Below are positions 26,630-41,350 of a stretch of 64,000 nucleotides of DNA, piece by piece. Position 1 is the first letter of the stretch. Every line of letters begins with the position of its first letter. Source of the stretch: Octopus vulgaris (taxonomy: Eukaryota); contig OX597822.1 in NCBI GenBank assembly GCA_951406725.2, positions 27,590,001-27,654,000 of the forward strand. Direction: 5' to 3'. A program made the position numbers and the translations under genes. The notes beneath the pieces were generated by a model. That model saw only the letters and a program-made list of their open reading frames with translations, had not been told where the DNA came from and made no database searches.

Positions 26630-28205
26630 AGTGCTACAAAGTGAAGTGAGCAACATTGTACGAGTTGACAGTGAACTCCTCAGGAAACACTCTCTTCCTG
26701 ATGATCTATACAGCCCTCAGAGAAGACCTGGATAGAAAACACTCAGCATACAAAAAAACATACATGGGTATATTGCCCGGATTCTTGAAGAAGACAACAG
26801 AATTGACACAGAAGCGCAGCCACTCTTGGACACAAAACCACTACATCACATCACATTTTAAAGGCTATGCGTTTGCAATCCAGGAACAGGAGATTGCCAC
26901 AGAGGACCTGATGATCAAGAGAGACAGTGACGCTCTGGTAATCTTAATCATCATCATCATCATTGTTCGACCGTGGTCGAGACAATGGAATTTACCATGC
27001 TACGCCAGACTTCCCGGTCCATCATAGCATTACGGAGGTCCTGTTGCTGGATGCCTGTATCCCTGGAGATTACATCAGGGTACTAAAGTGTGCGCCCTCT
27101 GGTATTGCAAGTAGATAGCTTCCAGAGGAGAGGAGTAGAAATTGCCTCGTTTTCAGCTCTTCAACAATGTCCAGCAAACTGGACTCTTCTACCTTTCACA
27201 AGAGATGACACATGTGGTAGTTTCCCATATATTTGCATTTTGGTTGGATGACGCTTCCACGAGAGATTTTGAGCTCTCATAAGGAGGCGAGTGTAGGTTC
27301 CACCCAACCGCCTCTCAAGCTTCTTTGATAACGTCCAGGTTTCTGAGTCATATAGTAGAATTGGTTCGACTGTGCCTTTGAAGGTTTCAAGTTTGAAGTC
27401 TCTACTTAGATTTGATTACCAGATCTTATGCATGTCATTATAGGCTGACCAAACCATACCCTTTCTAGTTAGAAAATATTTTCCAGATGATGATATGTAT
27501 GACCCAAGATATTTGTAATCAGAAACCATATTTAAGGGCGCATTGTTGAGAGTATGGATGATGCAATCACTGTTGGACAGGCACTTGTTTATATCTCAAG
27601 GTACAACCGCATGTGTAGGCTATGTCATTTTTCTGTGGTAGACATTGCGCCTATGATTAGCAGATGTCCTAAAATGTAATTACGGCACTACCCCACCTAT
27701 GTGACACAATGTTGTTGCTAAAACAATTTACAACGCCACCCGCAAAAGAGATTATCCTGATATAAACTTAGAAAACCCCTCCGTTAAGGAATACATTCAT
27801 AAACACCAACTGAAGGAACACTGGTAGAATATTCCCATCAAAATGACTGTTAAATATAAGCACAGCAGGGTGGATATTGTTGTTTGCAACAGAGGGGCAG
27901 AGGTATGTACCATCATACAGGTTAGCTACCCTGCAGATATAAATATATCTTTGAAAATCAAATAAAATGAGGAAATTTATGGGAAACTGCTTCGAAACCT
28001 CCAGCTTCTATATCAAGACTATGAATTCATATACATATCAATAATAATTGGAGCAATAGGTTTTGTTAGTAAATGCTTAAAGGAGAATCAGGATAAACTG
28101 GAATTTTCAGAAAGAGAAATTAACCGGCTGATCCGTATATTACAAATCCAATCCGTGAGTGGAACAGTATAAATACGCAAGAATTTTCTCAAGTTCCAGA
28201 TGTGA
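26630..28205 (+). mobile_element. R4/Dong-like RLE non-LTR retrotransposon 3' fragment, split by an RTE-type insertion
   Basis: SHFKGYAFAIQEQEIAT (left part), then CRLC..ISRCPKM, DIVV and IIIGAIG..QIQSVSGTV (right part, from ~27593). Confidence 0.7.
26945..27590 (-). mobile_element. RTE/RTEX-type LINE 3' fragment
   Basis: DYKYLGSYI, VEPILLYDSETW, RRVQFAGHC; (ATG)n tail at 26948-26963. Confidence 0.8.
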
Positions 28206-28366
28206 ATTTTTTGCTATTAACTACATCCCAAAATGGAGCATTGTATCTTTGTTGGAAACCAGCTCCCTCCTCAGTGGAATATTTATAATAATAAAAAAGT
28301 AGAAGACACATACATATGTACCCACATACATACATACATACATACATACATACATACATACATACA

Positions 28367-28399
<33 letters not shown>

Positions 28400-28499
28400 G
28401 ATGGCTGCCCTCTCGTTATCGTGCATGGCCATTGCACGAGGCTTAATTGTTAATGGTGCTGTGATCAAGCGTGACTTTTTAGATCAGCTAAATATCTAC

Positions 28500-29000
28500 A
28501 ATATCTTGTACAGAATTGGCAGCTAAAACCTTTTACCGGTAATAGCCGGCTGTAGTTGTAATTGGGCTTCATATACCTTTGCATGCCGTTTAAGTTCTCC
28601 CACCGAATTACACTCATTTCCACATGTCTGACAGATATAATTAGTATGGTGTGTAAAACTACCACCAGCAGCCTGGTTGGCAATCATCGGTCTCGCTTTA
28701 TGACTACGAAGATGACTCTTGAGTCCAGCTTTACTGAGGCGTGGTCTCGCACAGACACTGCATGTCAGCCTCATAGGAAAACCATTACCATCTGAAAGTG
28801 CAACAGCGATGCCCTTCCATACTTTCTGATGCGCAACTCGAGATTTCTCAAAGGTAGCTGACCCCTCATACACAGTACTACTTTTCCACCTGTTACGGTC
28901 ATTAGATATGCCCTCCGATGTGTCAGGTGAGATGCTACCATCTCTTAAAGAGACCTTCAGCAAGTCTTTATACCTCTTGTCTAAATATATATTCTTGTGC
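28500..29000 (-). mobile_element. RTE (BovB-like) LINE 3' fragment with two C2H2-type fingers
   Basis: KRYKDLLKVSL..DRNRWK..FE, CSVC..GLKSHLRSH, YICQTC..LKRH. Confidence 0.75.
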
Positions 29001-29377
29001 AATATTTCCAGGGCTTCTCACCTGCACAATGCGTATAAAATTCTATCAAACTGTTTCACTTCCTCAGCTTTAATGATAGACCAGGATCATACCGACGATC
29101 TCCTATTATTATTTGATGAAAACTCTCAAATAATTTTGCTGGGTATGATGAAAAGTGTCAGCTGCTCACAGCCAGCAGGCTAAGGTGAAACTTGTTCAAG
29201 AACTCTGCAAAGAATTCTTGCAGTTCCAAGCTATGCTGACTTTTGCAGATGTTCTACCTTTACATTTGTTCATTTTGAGCCATGTTGGTATTTGAGTACT
29301 GATACTTTCAAGTGCGCCAGTTACTACTGGTATAACGCCTACTCTTCTCATTGACCACAAACTTCATAATTGCCAAG

Positions 29378-29439
<62 letters not shown>

Positions 29440-29944
29440 TATTATTATTATTGTTATTATTGATTTCCTATAAAATATATTTAAAGATGTAAATATCGTT
29501 ATAGACCGATGATGTTTCTATACTTGCTTCGTTAAGAAATTAATTTCCCAGTTGATTATAACTCAGTTTTAATTAGTTCCTTTAATGATATCTGCAAATG
29601 AGATAGCCAGTAATACATTCAATATACAACTTCGTGACCCACTTTTATCATACATGAAGATCCGTTTCGTAGGTAACACACTCCTTTGCGCATACATTCA
29701 CACACACACACACACACACACACATGCACATTAATGCTTATATGTGCTGTATTCGTTTACATATATATGTATGTATGTATATATATATATATATATATAC
29801 ATATATATACAGACAAAGAAAGAGAGAGAAAAGAGAGGCATATATACATATATATATATACATATATATATATACATATATATATACATATATATATACA
29901 TATATATACATATACATATATATATGTTTGTGTGTGTGAGTGTA

Positions 29945-29976
<32 letters not shown>

Positions 29977-31151
29977 CGTATATATATATATACATATCTC
30001 GATAAATAGACAGATAGCTATACTTATATGCATGCACAAATATATGTGTGTGTATGTGTATGTGTGTGTAGCTATGCACTCGTTGAGAAACCAATTTGCA
30101 TACAATTTACATAAAATTACGTTCTATTTTATCAGTTAAATATGATAATGTATTGTAATATATACCATTACCAAACTGTAGACATAGAAGCCTGTAATGA
30201 ATGCATTAAAACTTAATGTATTGCAATTAACTTTGCAGTAATTAAAAATTAATAATTACTTATTGTTATTCTATTAATGCTTCAAAGTTTCACTCGTAAA
30301 TTTTTTTCTGCGTGATTTCGTCGAAGCTGCAAGGTCAGTATGTGAGGATTATCACGACCTTTGCTAATTTTCTGTCCCTTAGAGATGGATTCGTTCATTA
30401 ATAACTGCTTAAAAATCCTAGCAAGAGCAGGAATATCAGCGTTGTGATCTTTTTCAGAGACTCCGTGACCGTGTGGGGAATGCCGCAAAGCATCTGAATT
30501 AATTGGCATCGTAACTTGAATGATTGCAACAGAGCAGAGTACGCTAAACATACGCAAGCTTCAAGCGGTGGTATTAAAGCAGGCTACCGATTAATTCCAA
30601 GAACAATAATTATATAATTATATAATTTGCTTCATTCCCCATTTCTCTATTGGGATTTTATCAATGACGCCAAAGGCAATGATTGACAAATATCATACTG
30701 TAACGTTGGTTCATCTACTTTTATTTCTAAACTCATTCTCCTGCCTCAACTGGCGATACACTAAAGGTCAGTGTTCTAATAAACATTATCTTTCAAATAG
30801 AACAAAATTCAAATTTTTATTATATTTCTGCATTTCTTTTAAAGACTTTATTTTAACTAATATTTGTTTTACCAGAAATTAATCCCAGTAATAATACATG
30901 CTTACGTTTGGTGTGTGTTTACTTATGCTTCGATTGCATTTGGGGAACAATATTGTCATAACGTGCACTGGAATTTCTAACGAAAAGAATCAAGAAGAGC
31001 TAATTTGAGAAAATTAAGAAAAATACCACTGAGGTTATATTCATTCAAAATAATATTTTTGTTCGAGGATATATAAATTATTTCATTAATATATATGTGT
31101 GTGTGTGCGTGTGTGCATGTGTGTGTGTCGGTGTGTGTCTGTGTTTGTATA

Positions 31152-31244
<93 letters not shown>

Positions 31245-31447
31245 GCGTATACACATATAAAATATATATATATATATGTACATATGCACATATACATATA
31301 CATACACACATATGCATACATACATGTATACATACATACATTCATGCATACGGCTGCTGTCAAATAACTGAAAGGGCAAAAAGGTAATATACATATATAT
31401 ACACACAAACACACATACTCACACACACACACACATACTCACACACA

Positions 31448-31493
<46 letters not shown>

Positions 31494-31814
31494 ACTTCCT
31501 GCGTCGTTTCCTTCTAGAAATTCCCTTCACATCAGGATTCCGAGAAAACTGCTTTCTCAGTAGTTTATGCAGTTGGATTGGACATGAAGCACTTTTGAAA
31601 AGAAATTCTCGCTTACACAATCAATATTGCGACGAAAGTTGCACTTTCCTCAAATTCTTAATTCAAATTGTCTCTCTTCAATCGTTAAAGAAAGAAAACA
31701 TGCGTTTTAAGTTTTCATCAAGTATAATGATTCAAATCTTCCGAATTGGAACATCAAAACTATATTGTTTCATCTCTCTCTCTCTTTATCCCGATCTCGC
31801 TCTGACCCTACCTA

Positions 31815-32026
31815 TATCAGTTTCAAATTTTGGCACAAGGCCAGCAAGTTCAGGAAAGAGTAAGTTGATTACATTGATGCCACTACACAACTGGTATTTA
31901 GTTTTTCGACCCCGAAATGGTGAAAGGCAAAATCGACCTCGGCGGAATTTGAACTCAGAACGTAGCGGTGGACGAAATTTCGCACAGCCTTTTCATCGGC
32001 GTGCTAACGATTCTGCCAGCTCGCCA
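31815..32026 (-). mobile_element. Family B SINE
   Basis: Matches the 22251-22444 copy (CGGAATTTGAACTCAGAA..TCTGCCAGCTCGCC). Confidence 0.8.
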
Positions 32027-32232
32027 CCTTACTGTCCTTACATGTATTATTATGGTATATGCAATAGAAGTATTAATAATTTAGCATTACTATCTATATG
32101 TTATATTTAATGTGTATATACCTTAAGATGTCATTTACTGCTCTATTTGTCCTGAGATAACATCTCTTATAGACTTACTGTTTTAAGACCTAAATAATAC
32201 TGGATGGAAACGAAAATTCGCTCAGCAGTGGT

Positions 32233-32310
<78 letters not shown>

Positions 32311-33670
32311 AGTCATCTTCATTTATATCAATGATCTCATGGCTATTTCCGACGTTGTATTCAAACTTGTTAGTCTATCTCACGTAAACGTCATTCTTAA
32401 CGCCTCTGATGCATCGTTTCCGTTTCTGCCATCCTTGGCTGTTCTATATTCTTGTTAGCATCCTGTATATTTTAAGAGTATCACAAGTTTAAATGTATCA
32501 AACAAGCCTCTTAAATTAGAAATATTCTGGAAAGTGATAATTGCCAAGTATGAGATATGCATCAATCAACGTAGGAGGCAGGTTCTTAAGAACGTATATC
32601 TACACACTGTTCCTACTATTACTTGGACCTAAGTGCTTGAGTAGCTGGTTTATTTTATATTTCATTTGGGAAATAAATTTGCCTGATGACGAATGCAGAA
32701 GAGGTTCAACCAATGCTTCCTCGTATAGAAATCATGTAGTTCTCTATACTTCATAAATGGTAAACAGCATGTATTCCATAAACTTATGCCTTATTTTGTA
32801 ACTATCACATATTATGTCGTCTTAACACAATCATATAAATCTGAGATTGGATGTGTGCAGTGTATGTTAGTACCAAACACAATTCCGACACACGAGATAT
32901 TTCTTCCACACGGCGAACGGAAAAGTTATATATCACATAAAGAAAGATAATTTGAAAGATTTTAACTCCATTGACCAAGAGCAAAAATTTTAAAGCCTTA
33001 TGATGACTGTCCCCTTCCATCCTAATTTTATTTCTGTCTCTTTTGATTAAAGGCATATTGTGAGGAAGGTAATGCCTTCCCAACAGTTTTCTTGGAATAC
33101 AAAAAGTAGCAACAGGATTTGCATTTAAGAGTTTTTTCACGCTGGCATTTGTGGATCAAAACAAGAGCAATTTCTTTTAATAAAAGGTAAGAAAGAAGAA
33201 AGCAAGATGACATCACAAAAAATTATATCTCTAGGAAAACGAGAGTCAACCAAATCTTGCTAAACTAAAGTGAAAACACCTTTTCTGTTCAACTGGTAAG
33301 TTGTGTTGATATACTATGTAATGTTATCTAAATGGTCATAACAGAAACAAACACACATACATCTAAGAAAAATCTCCCCACCTGACGAAGGAAGCTAGTA
33401 TTACAATAATGTCTATTTACATTCATCAACTGGTTGCATATTCATGACTTTTTGCATATTCTGTCTGTTAATTACGATTGTTACGAACTATTACGTAATT
33501 CCGAATTCACAGAAACAGCCGTCAATTCAAAACAAGTATGAATTTTCCTTTAGACGTTTTGGCTTTTATATTCAAATGTAAATTTATTTGTCAATAAATA
33601 TAAATATCAAGAAGCTTGTACATGTATATTTATCTTCTGAATATATTTACGCTTTGTGTCTGTATATGTG

Positions 33671-33743
<73 letters not shown>

Positions 33744-33747
33744 ATAT

Positions 33748-33798
33748 GTACATTAAAAGGCCTCCAATAAAGAAGCAAGTGGAGGCCTTTTAATGTAC
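33748..33798. repeat. Perfect 19-bp inverted repeat, 13-nt loop
   Basis: GTACATTAAAAGGCCTCCA / TGGAGGCCTTTTAATGTAC. Confidence 0.9.
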
Positions 33799-34340
33799 TT
33801 ATATATGAATAACATATAGTCTAATGACTAATTCGTCTTTTGTGCTAGGTTGCTGGTAATAATAATTTATTTTTATTACCCTGTTTACTATGTTTTATAT
33901 ATATGTGTGTGTATACGCAGTATATATATATATATATCAAGCCTAAATCTGTTTGTCAACATCGCCACCCCCATATCATCTCACCTGAATTTCTCTTACA
34001 ACAATTCTTTAGCCCATGGACTTAGTCCTCAATGCAGACTACTGAGTTTAAGCTCATATCAATTGAGCACTACTGCCTATTTTCAATATTAAGCATCTCT
34101 ATAATTCACCTGTTCTCTGTATGAATAACGAAATGTGAATCGTTCCCGATTTTATTTCCTCCGTCTGCCTTTTCTCTTGGACTTTTCCCTGACTTCTTTT
34201 TCTAATGAAGAACTTTGCACGAAACGTAAAACCACCTTTCTTTCCATCCCTAAGCGTCTGCTAATACTTTGCATGTATTACATCCTCGCTTTTTTGTTCT
34301 TTCTTGTATTTGTTCTTCGTTTTTTTTTTTCAATTTGCTG

Positions 34341-34372
<32 letters not shown>

Positions 34373-34684
34373 TGTATATTTACGTATAGATATTTTTGGG
34401 TGCGCACAAGCGGTATAGACTGTAACATCAGATGTGGCTGTATTAGCTTTGCTCATGTGTGAGTATATACGTGTGTTATGTGCGTGCATATATCTTTGAA
34501 TGTGTAACAAAGATATATATGATGATTTGTTTTAAGCTTGTTGTCATTAGTGTTGAATACGTTGAGGATATATACACCTCTTACGGGAATAGTTTTATCC
34601 AAGATATACTGTTTAAATATATTATACTTTGAAGATATAACACTTCAATAAAGAGATTATACAATTATCAAATATTGTTAAGTA

Positions 34685-34732
34685 AGAAAATGGAGAGATA
34701 TAATGGATATTCATTATATCTCTCCATTTTCT
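34685..34732. repeat. Perfect 21-bp inverted repeat, 6-nt loop
   Basis: AGAAAATGGAGAGATATAATG / CATTATATCTCTCCATTTTCT. Confidence 0.9.
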
Positions 34733-34751
34733 AAATGATATTATATATACA

Positions 34752-35110
34752 GGCGTAGGCGTCGCTGTGTGGTAATAAGCTTCCTTATCAAGCACATGTT
34801 TCTGGGTTCAGTCTCGTTGCGTGGCACCTTGTACTATCGCCTCGCGCCGACCAAAGTCTTGCGTGTGGATTTGGTAGACGAAAACTGAAAGTGGCCCATC
34901 GTATATATATATATGTTTGTCCCCAGCCCACCGTTGTTTGACAACCGATGTTGGTGTGTTCATAACCCCATAACGTTTTAGTTTGAGAAAGGAAACCGAT
35001 ATAATAAGTACCACGCTTTCAAAGATTAAGTCCTGGGGTCGATTTGTTCGACTGAAAGGCGGTGTTGTAGCATGGCCGCACTCAGATGACTGAAACAAAT
35101 AAAAGAATAA
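34752..35110 (+). mobile_element. Family A SINE, diverged
   Basis: Colinear with 17986-18390. Confidence 0.85.
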
Positions 35111-35393
35111 ATGAATATATATATATATATATATATATAAATATATATGCATATATGGGCACAGGACGCCACGAAATGTGTACAAGAAAAATACGAACTA
35201 CTAGTACATAGAATATGAACTATTTTTTCAAACAACGAAACACACACAAATGGAAAACAAAACAAACACCATAAAGAATGCCTCCGCATCAGTTGTTGGC
35301 TATTTTTCTACTCTCGTATTCGAGCATTTAACAAAAATATGTGCTTTCGATAAAGCAGTTACTCCCGAAAAGGAATTGAAATAAAATTTGGGG

Positions 35394-35450
<57 letters not shown>

Positions 35451-35544
35451 ATAGGGAGAATTCACCAAAAAAAAAACGAAAGACGAAGTTAGGTGGTGTA
35501 GACAACAAACAGATGTATTAGTTTAAGGCTTGGGGAGTGAAAGT

Positions 35545-35580
35545 CTTTAACGTTTCGAGCCTAGTCTCTTCGACAGAAAA
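35545..35580 (-). ncRNA. Minimal hammerhead-like motif, same family as 7437-7469
   Basis: tttt-CTGTCGA-a-GAG-actagg-CTC-GAAAC-GTT-aaag; the core carries A6U. Confidence 0.5.
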
Positions 35581-36759
35581 GAACACAGAAAGAACAAGGG
35601 GAGAGAAGAAAGAATATGTAGGGGGTAGCGATTTGAAAGATACCGTTCAATCATGAATGACCATGTATGTATGTATGTATGTATGTATGTATGTATGTAT
35701 GTATGTATATATATATGTATGTATGTATGTATGTATATGTGCGTGTGTATGTATGTATAGACAGATAGATAAATGAAAATTGGACGAAATATAAAAAGAA
35801 ACACAACACAAGGACAGGTAAGGGGGTAAAAAACAATTTGTTTGACGCTCAGGGAAAATGGGAAGTTTCGAACCCACGCTCTTCTAGAGAAAGGAATAGG
35901 AAGAGAAAAAAAAAGAATATAATATGGTGAATACTGAATATACAATATACCATGTATTTGCACATTTGTATTATTGAATGTGCGTGTGTGTTTATCCGTG
36001 AGTGAGATTGTGTGGGTATTACAATATATGTCTAAATAAAATTAGAAATCTTGGGAAGATGCCTATCTATATGTGTGCGTATGTTTCAGTATGTACTATT
36101 TCCGATTCATCCCTGTGCCCAAATGTAATTCCTCTGTAAACGTGTGTGCATTCGCTTTAGTCTGTATGTAGACATCATGGCATTAATTATTGGCTGGTCC
36201 AGTGTATTTAAATATTCAGAACAAGGGGAATATATATATGCGTAAGTGTGCACATAGATTTCTATATAAGGATAATTACGAATATGCGTAGTGTATGCTT
36301 TTGAATGTGTATGTCCCCATATTTCTGTGTGAGTGTGTATTTTTTTGTCCGTGTGTATTTGTAGCAGTAAGTGCGTGAGTGTGTATGCATATAAGCATAA
36401 GTATGTACGCACATGCATGAGTCTATGTGTATGACTACTTGTAATAAAGAGAGCGCCCTGTTTAAACGAGCACATGTATGTACGCATGCATGCGTGCATA
36501 TAAGTATGTATAAATAAATGTGTATATATATATATATATATGTTCGTATGTGAGTGTTTGTGTATGTGTGTGTTTGGTTGTGTGTACATATTTCATGTAC
36601 GCACATGTGCTTGAGTATACGCGTGTCATTACGTATGCATGTCAGCATACAATATCATAGGGAATACGAGGAAGGCGTTATCAAGTGCAGTATTATATAA
36701 TCCATACATGCATGTATACATACATACATACATACATTCATATATATATATATATATAT

Positions 36760-36805
<46 letters not shown>

Positions 36806-36822
36806 ATCTATCTATCTATCTA

Positions 36823-36865
<43 letters not shown>

Positions 36866-37380
36866 TGAAAGAAAGAAACTACAGAACAAAGAAGACACGA
36901 AGAGAGAAAGACAGAGAAAGAAGATTAAACGAATGAATAACAACAACATAAACTATAACAGCAAACATTTTGCAAGTGATACGAAACAAGACAAAAGTGT
37001 CATAGAGAAAAGCGTACAAGTTGTTCTGAATCCGATGACGTCAAGAAGCAAATTTTTCTATGACTACAGAGATGCCTAGCAATGAAATTTATCCATTATC
37101 TACATTATACTTGACAGTGGAAGTTATTAGGAGTATGAAGCAGAAATGTCATCATAATGTGTACGTATGTATCTGTGTGTATGTGAAAGTGAAAGTAGGT
37201 GTGTATGTTAATATATATGTATATGCATACTTATATGTATTATATGTATATGTGTATGTATCTATGCATATAAAGATATCTATGTATAGCTTTCTATATT
37301 ATACACTAAATGTGTCCCTGTGAACAATACATGAACAGTATAATATACAAGCCTCGATGCAGTAAATGTGTTTGTGTGTG

Positions 37381-37411
<31 letters not shown>

Positions 37412-37627
37412 TGAGTGAGATATAGACAGAAAGACAGAACGATAGAATGATAGATTGATAGATACGTAATATGTAATATGTTTGTGAAACGTTTGTATAT
37501 GTGAGTGCGTGAGAGAGAGTGTGTGTCTGTGTGCGTGTGCGCGCGCGCACTCACATGAACAATAAGATTTAGAAACATTACCTTGAAAATTTAAATGCAA
37601 TAAATTTCTTTGTACCTATCTATTTCT

Positions 37628-37706
<79 letters not shown>

Positions 37707-37720
37707 CATGTATAGCTATA

Positions 37721-37779
37721 TGGAGTATAGCTATATATTCACTTTGACGACTAGCGAAACGTCCATATGTATATATATA

Positions 37780-37812
<33 letters not shown>

Positions 37813-37853
37813 CTTTACGGTGATCGTCAAAGTGAATATATAGCTATAGTCCA
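37721..37853. repeat. 30-bp inverted repeat (1 mismatch) enclosing (TA)n, with hammerhead-like TTGACGA..GAAACGTC
   Basis: Arms at 37721-37750 and 37824-37853. Confidence 0.8.
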
Positions 37854-38037
37854 GTGATTTTGGTTTCATCTTCCAGTTCTTCAGAGCGACTAAATATTTT
37901 GTAAGCTCTCTATTATATTTATAAAACACAGCTCTCCATCAATACAAATCAATAACTTATTCTTTGCAATGCATCATCGGTTTTTTTAGCGTTATTGCTA
38001 CTCAGTATTTAAACCTCTCCCCATACAAATATATACG

Positions 38038-38115
<78 letters not shown>

Positions 38116-38532
38116 TACAGATATATATATATATATATATAGATATATATATATAAGAGAGAGAGATCACCCGTCACACACCGTCAGGTCTCCACAAAAT
38201 TTTATTCTTTTCCTTTTACACACAATCGCATTCACTCTGCGCCGTTTCCCTAAACATGTAGCGCACTCCTCCTCCATCTTCCACACGTTCACCTTAGTAA
38301 TTTGTCTCCTACGCATGTACACACACAACGTATGTCCTGTGACCTTCTTCTTTTTGTTCTGACATCCCTAATTGCGTCAGCGTTCACACACACATACATA
38401 CACGCAAATAGACACATACATGCATATAGACAAATACACACATACGCATTTACGTATCTATAATACATATCGCCTTTCGACCAACAATTTAATTCCTGAT
38501 ACATGAAAATGTGCCTCTTTAACTTTCATACG

Positions 38533-38950
38533 TTAAGTTAAGTTAATTTTTTGGCTTAAAAAGCAAAAATCAAGGCCATGTAGGGGCACATGGAGTTACG
38601 TACAGGGAGGATGTTCATGCAAAGAGTTCAGGCCATTTCTGGTCAAGAGAGACTTTGAACCGATCGGTCGTCGGCATCTTCACTATCTCGTCCGGCAGCT
38701 TATTCCACGGATCCGCAACCTGGACGAAGAAAGCCCCTCTCCTTCGATTAAGATGAAATCGTCGCAGATAGAGCTTTTCGGAGTGACCCCGCAGCCGACG
38801 CTCTGGAGCAGAAGTGAAGAACAGCTCTTTCGAGAGGTTACACCTTTCGCTTATGATGTTGTGAGCAAGAATGAGATCACCACGGCGTCGTCGTTTTTCT
38901 AGAGAATAAAGGTCGAGCGTCTTCAGCCTTTCTTCGTAAGACAAATGCTT
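38533..38950 (-). mobile_element. CR1-clade LINE 3' fragment
   Basis: SYEERLKTLDLYSLEKRRRRGDLI..RGHSEKL..WNKLP; (TAACT)n tail. Confidence 0.88.
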
Positions 38951-39555
38951 GAGACCATACGTTTATTTATTCTACTTATTCTCAAAGTTATACAAACCGG
39001 CACACGTATGCACCAACATCTACTCGCTGACGCACACTCGCGCTTTTTCACTCACGCCTTTTCCTCAGCACCAGCTACTTTCGCTTTGCTCCACAACACG
39101 GTTTCTCAACTTCCTCCACCCGACTCTTTAGATATCTAACACCCCCCACACACACGCGCTCATTCACACTCATTTCGACATCGAAAGTCGTGGCATCCAC
39201 ACTTCGTTGTCCTATTCATCTCATTCTTTTACCTCTCTTCCTTTCCTTCTTCTGCCATTTTGCTTCTACAATGTGACTGTACTGATTTTTCTAATCCACA
39301 CATTCGGACTCATCTCTTTTCGACAAGTTTTCCCAATTGCCCTCCTGGAGACTTTCACCATCTTTAGGTTCCCACCTTAGGGCGGTGGTCGTCCTGTGAG
39401 TAAATCTAGAAGACAAAACGCAGGAGGAAGCACATCTTGTGCATACAAACACGTGTGTGTCTGTGTATGCGTGTGTTGTGCATGCGTGTGTTTGTGTATG
39501 TGTTTGTATATATGTATATTTGAATATATACACATGTGTATGTGCGTGAGCGTAT

Positions 39556-39598
<43 letters not shown>

Positions 39599-40694
39599 AT
39601 CGTTCCCTCCTAGCTTGATTACTAGTGCTGCCTTGTTTACGTCCTCATAACCTAGCGCTTCGGCAAAGGAGATCGATGGAATAAACATGAGGCATAAAAT
39701 GTAAATAGTCAAATGCTTTAGACTGTCAGACCTTTTTCGTTCATTCTCTCATTTTATTATAAATATTTTTCTCAACATTTTCTTTGATCTTCTCCAATTT
39801 TTCCTCAAGTTTTTCTAATTTCTTTCGTCATTACTCTTCTCTGCCTCAATTCGCCCATTTCCTCTCTTTTTCTGTTCATGGCTTTCTTCTCGTTATCTTC
39901 TTTATTGTCCCTTTCACTTTATGCACATTGCACTCATATCCTCTCTTTCGTTTAGGTGTTTTGCGCTCCTATTGATAGCATTCCTCTTACCTCTCCAGGT
40001 GCCTCACTATTTTTTTCACAAAAATTAGAAATGTTTTGGTCCAACTAATTAAGTTTTCTCTTTTGCTTCTCCGCCTTCTACTTTTTTTTAAACCCGAAAT
40101 ACCACATTGTCTTGCTTTCTTGTTAGGAACTTTGTAGCAAATAACAACACCCCACCCCTGTATGTTTAAACGCACTTCTCTCACACACCTCCCATTTCAT
40201 TCGCATTCCCTTTTTACCTCAAAATTGTTCCGGCTACCACCTCGTCATATTTACGTTTTCTCACATACTCTTAACAGTCACGTATACACGTGGGGCGCGC
40301 ACAAACACACACGCACGCGCTTAAACACATACACACAACATTCACATCCCAACCCGTATTTCTTCTTCTTAGAAATGCACACCCATGTGTCCCCTGAATC
40401 AAACCATTGTTTTCACTTCACAACCTGTATTCCACTGTCACATACCACTTTATTTTCTCCTATGTTGTTTCTTCCTAATGAAAGCTTGGTTCTCAAAGCT
40501 TAATTCTTTTTCCCATCCGTTTTAAGAGTTAAAACTAGGGCATATTTTTGTAAAAAATTTCCCACCTGTGTTGTCAATTTTCGTTTTATTTTTATTGAAT
40601 GCATTCGCTATACATGTGAGTACTTGTGGGTTTGTGGCTGTATATTCATTAACACTGTCTCTCTATAAATATACATATACATATATATATATAT

Positions 40695-40738
<44 letters not shown>

Positions 40739-41350
40739 TAATTAAATTAGAGATAAAACCACTATTAGGCAAATCAAACAGTGAAAAACATAAATCGAAA
40801 CAGAAATAAAAAATAAGTAATATAATATACAAAATATATAAAATACAAAATTTAAAATTTAAATTACTTAAATTTAAAGTTCAAAATTTAAAATTATTAA
40901 TTTATTTTTATAAATTTATATAGATATATATATATATATATTATTTTTATTTTTTATTTATTTTTTTATTGTTTTAATAATAATTTTTTTTAATAAATAT
41001 ATATAACTATCAAAAAGTATTAAAAGTTTAATAATATACATACATACATTTATAGATAGATGATCGATATATAGATACATACATGCATACATGCACACAC
41101 ACATATATACCACTGTTGATAGGCCCGTGATTTTTAAAATTAAGCATCTGATTCCAGTAGCTCCAGCAATTGCTGAGTATAAATAGATTCGTTTCCTGCT
41201 TTTCTGGCATTGGCTAAACCCATGTAGACGCCTCGGATGAGAATCCAATAAGATTCGAACATCAGATAAGGTTATTTAACACATATGTGTGTGTGTGTGT
41301 GTGTATGTGTGTGCGCGCGCGCGTGTGTGTGTGTGTGTGCGTGTGTGTGT

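Noticed and set aside
32683-32740. CTGATGA followed by a distant GAAA
   Set aside because: No convincing stems I-III.
33382-33523. CTGACGA ... GAAACAGCCGTC as a long-stem-II hammerhead
   Set aside because: The halves are ~120 nt apart with no stem I pairing; possibly a relic but not supportable.
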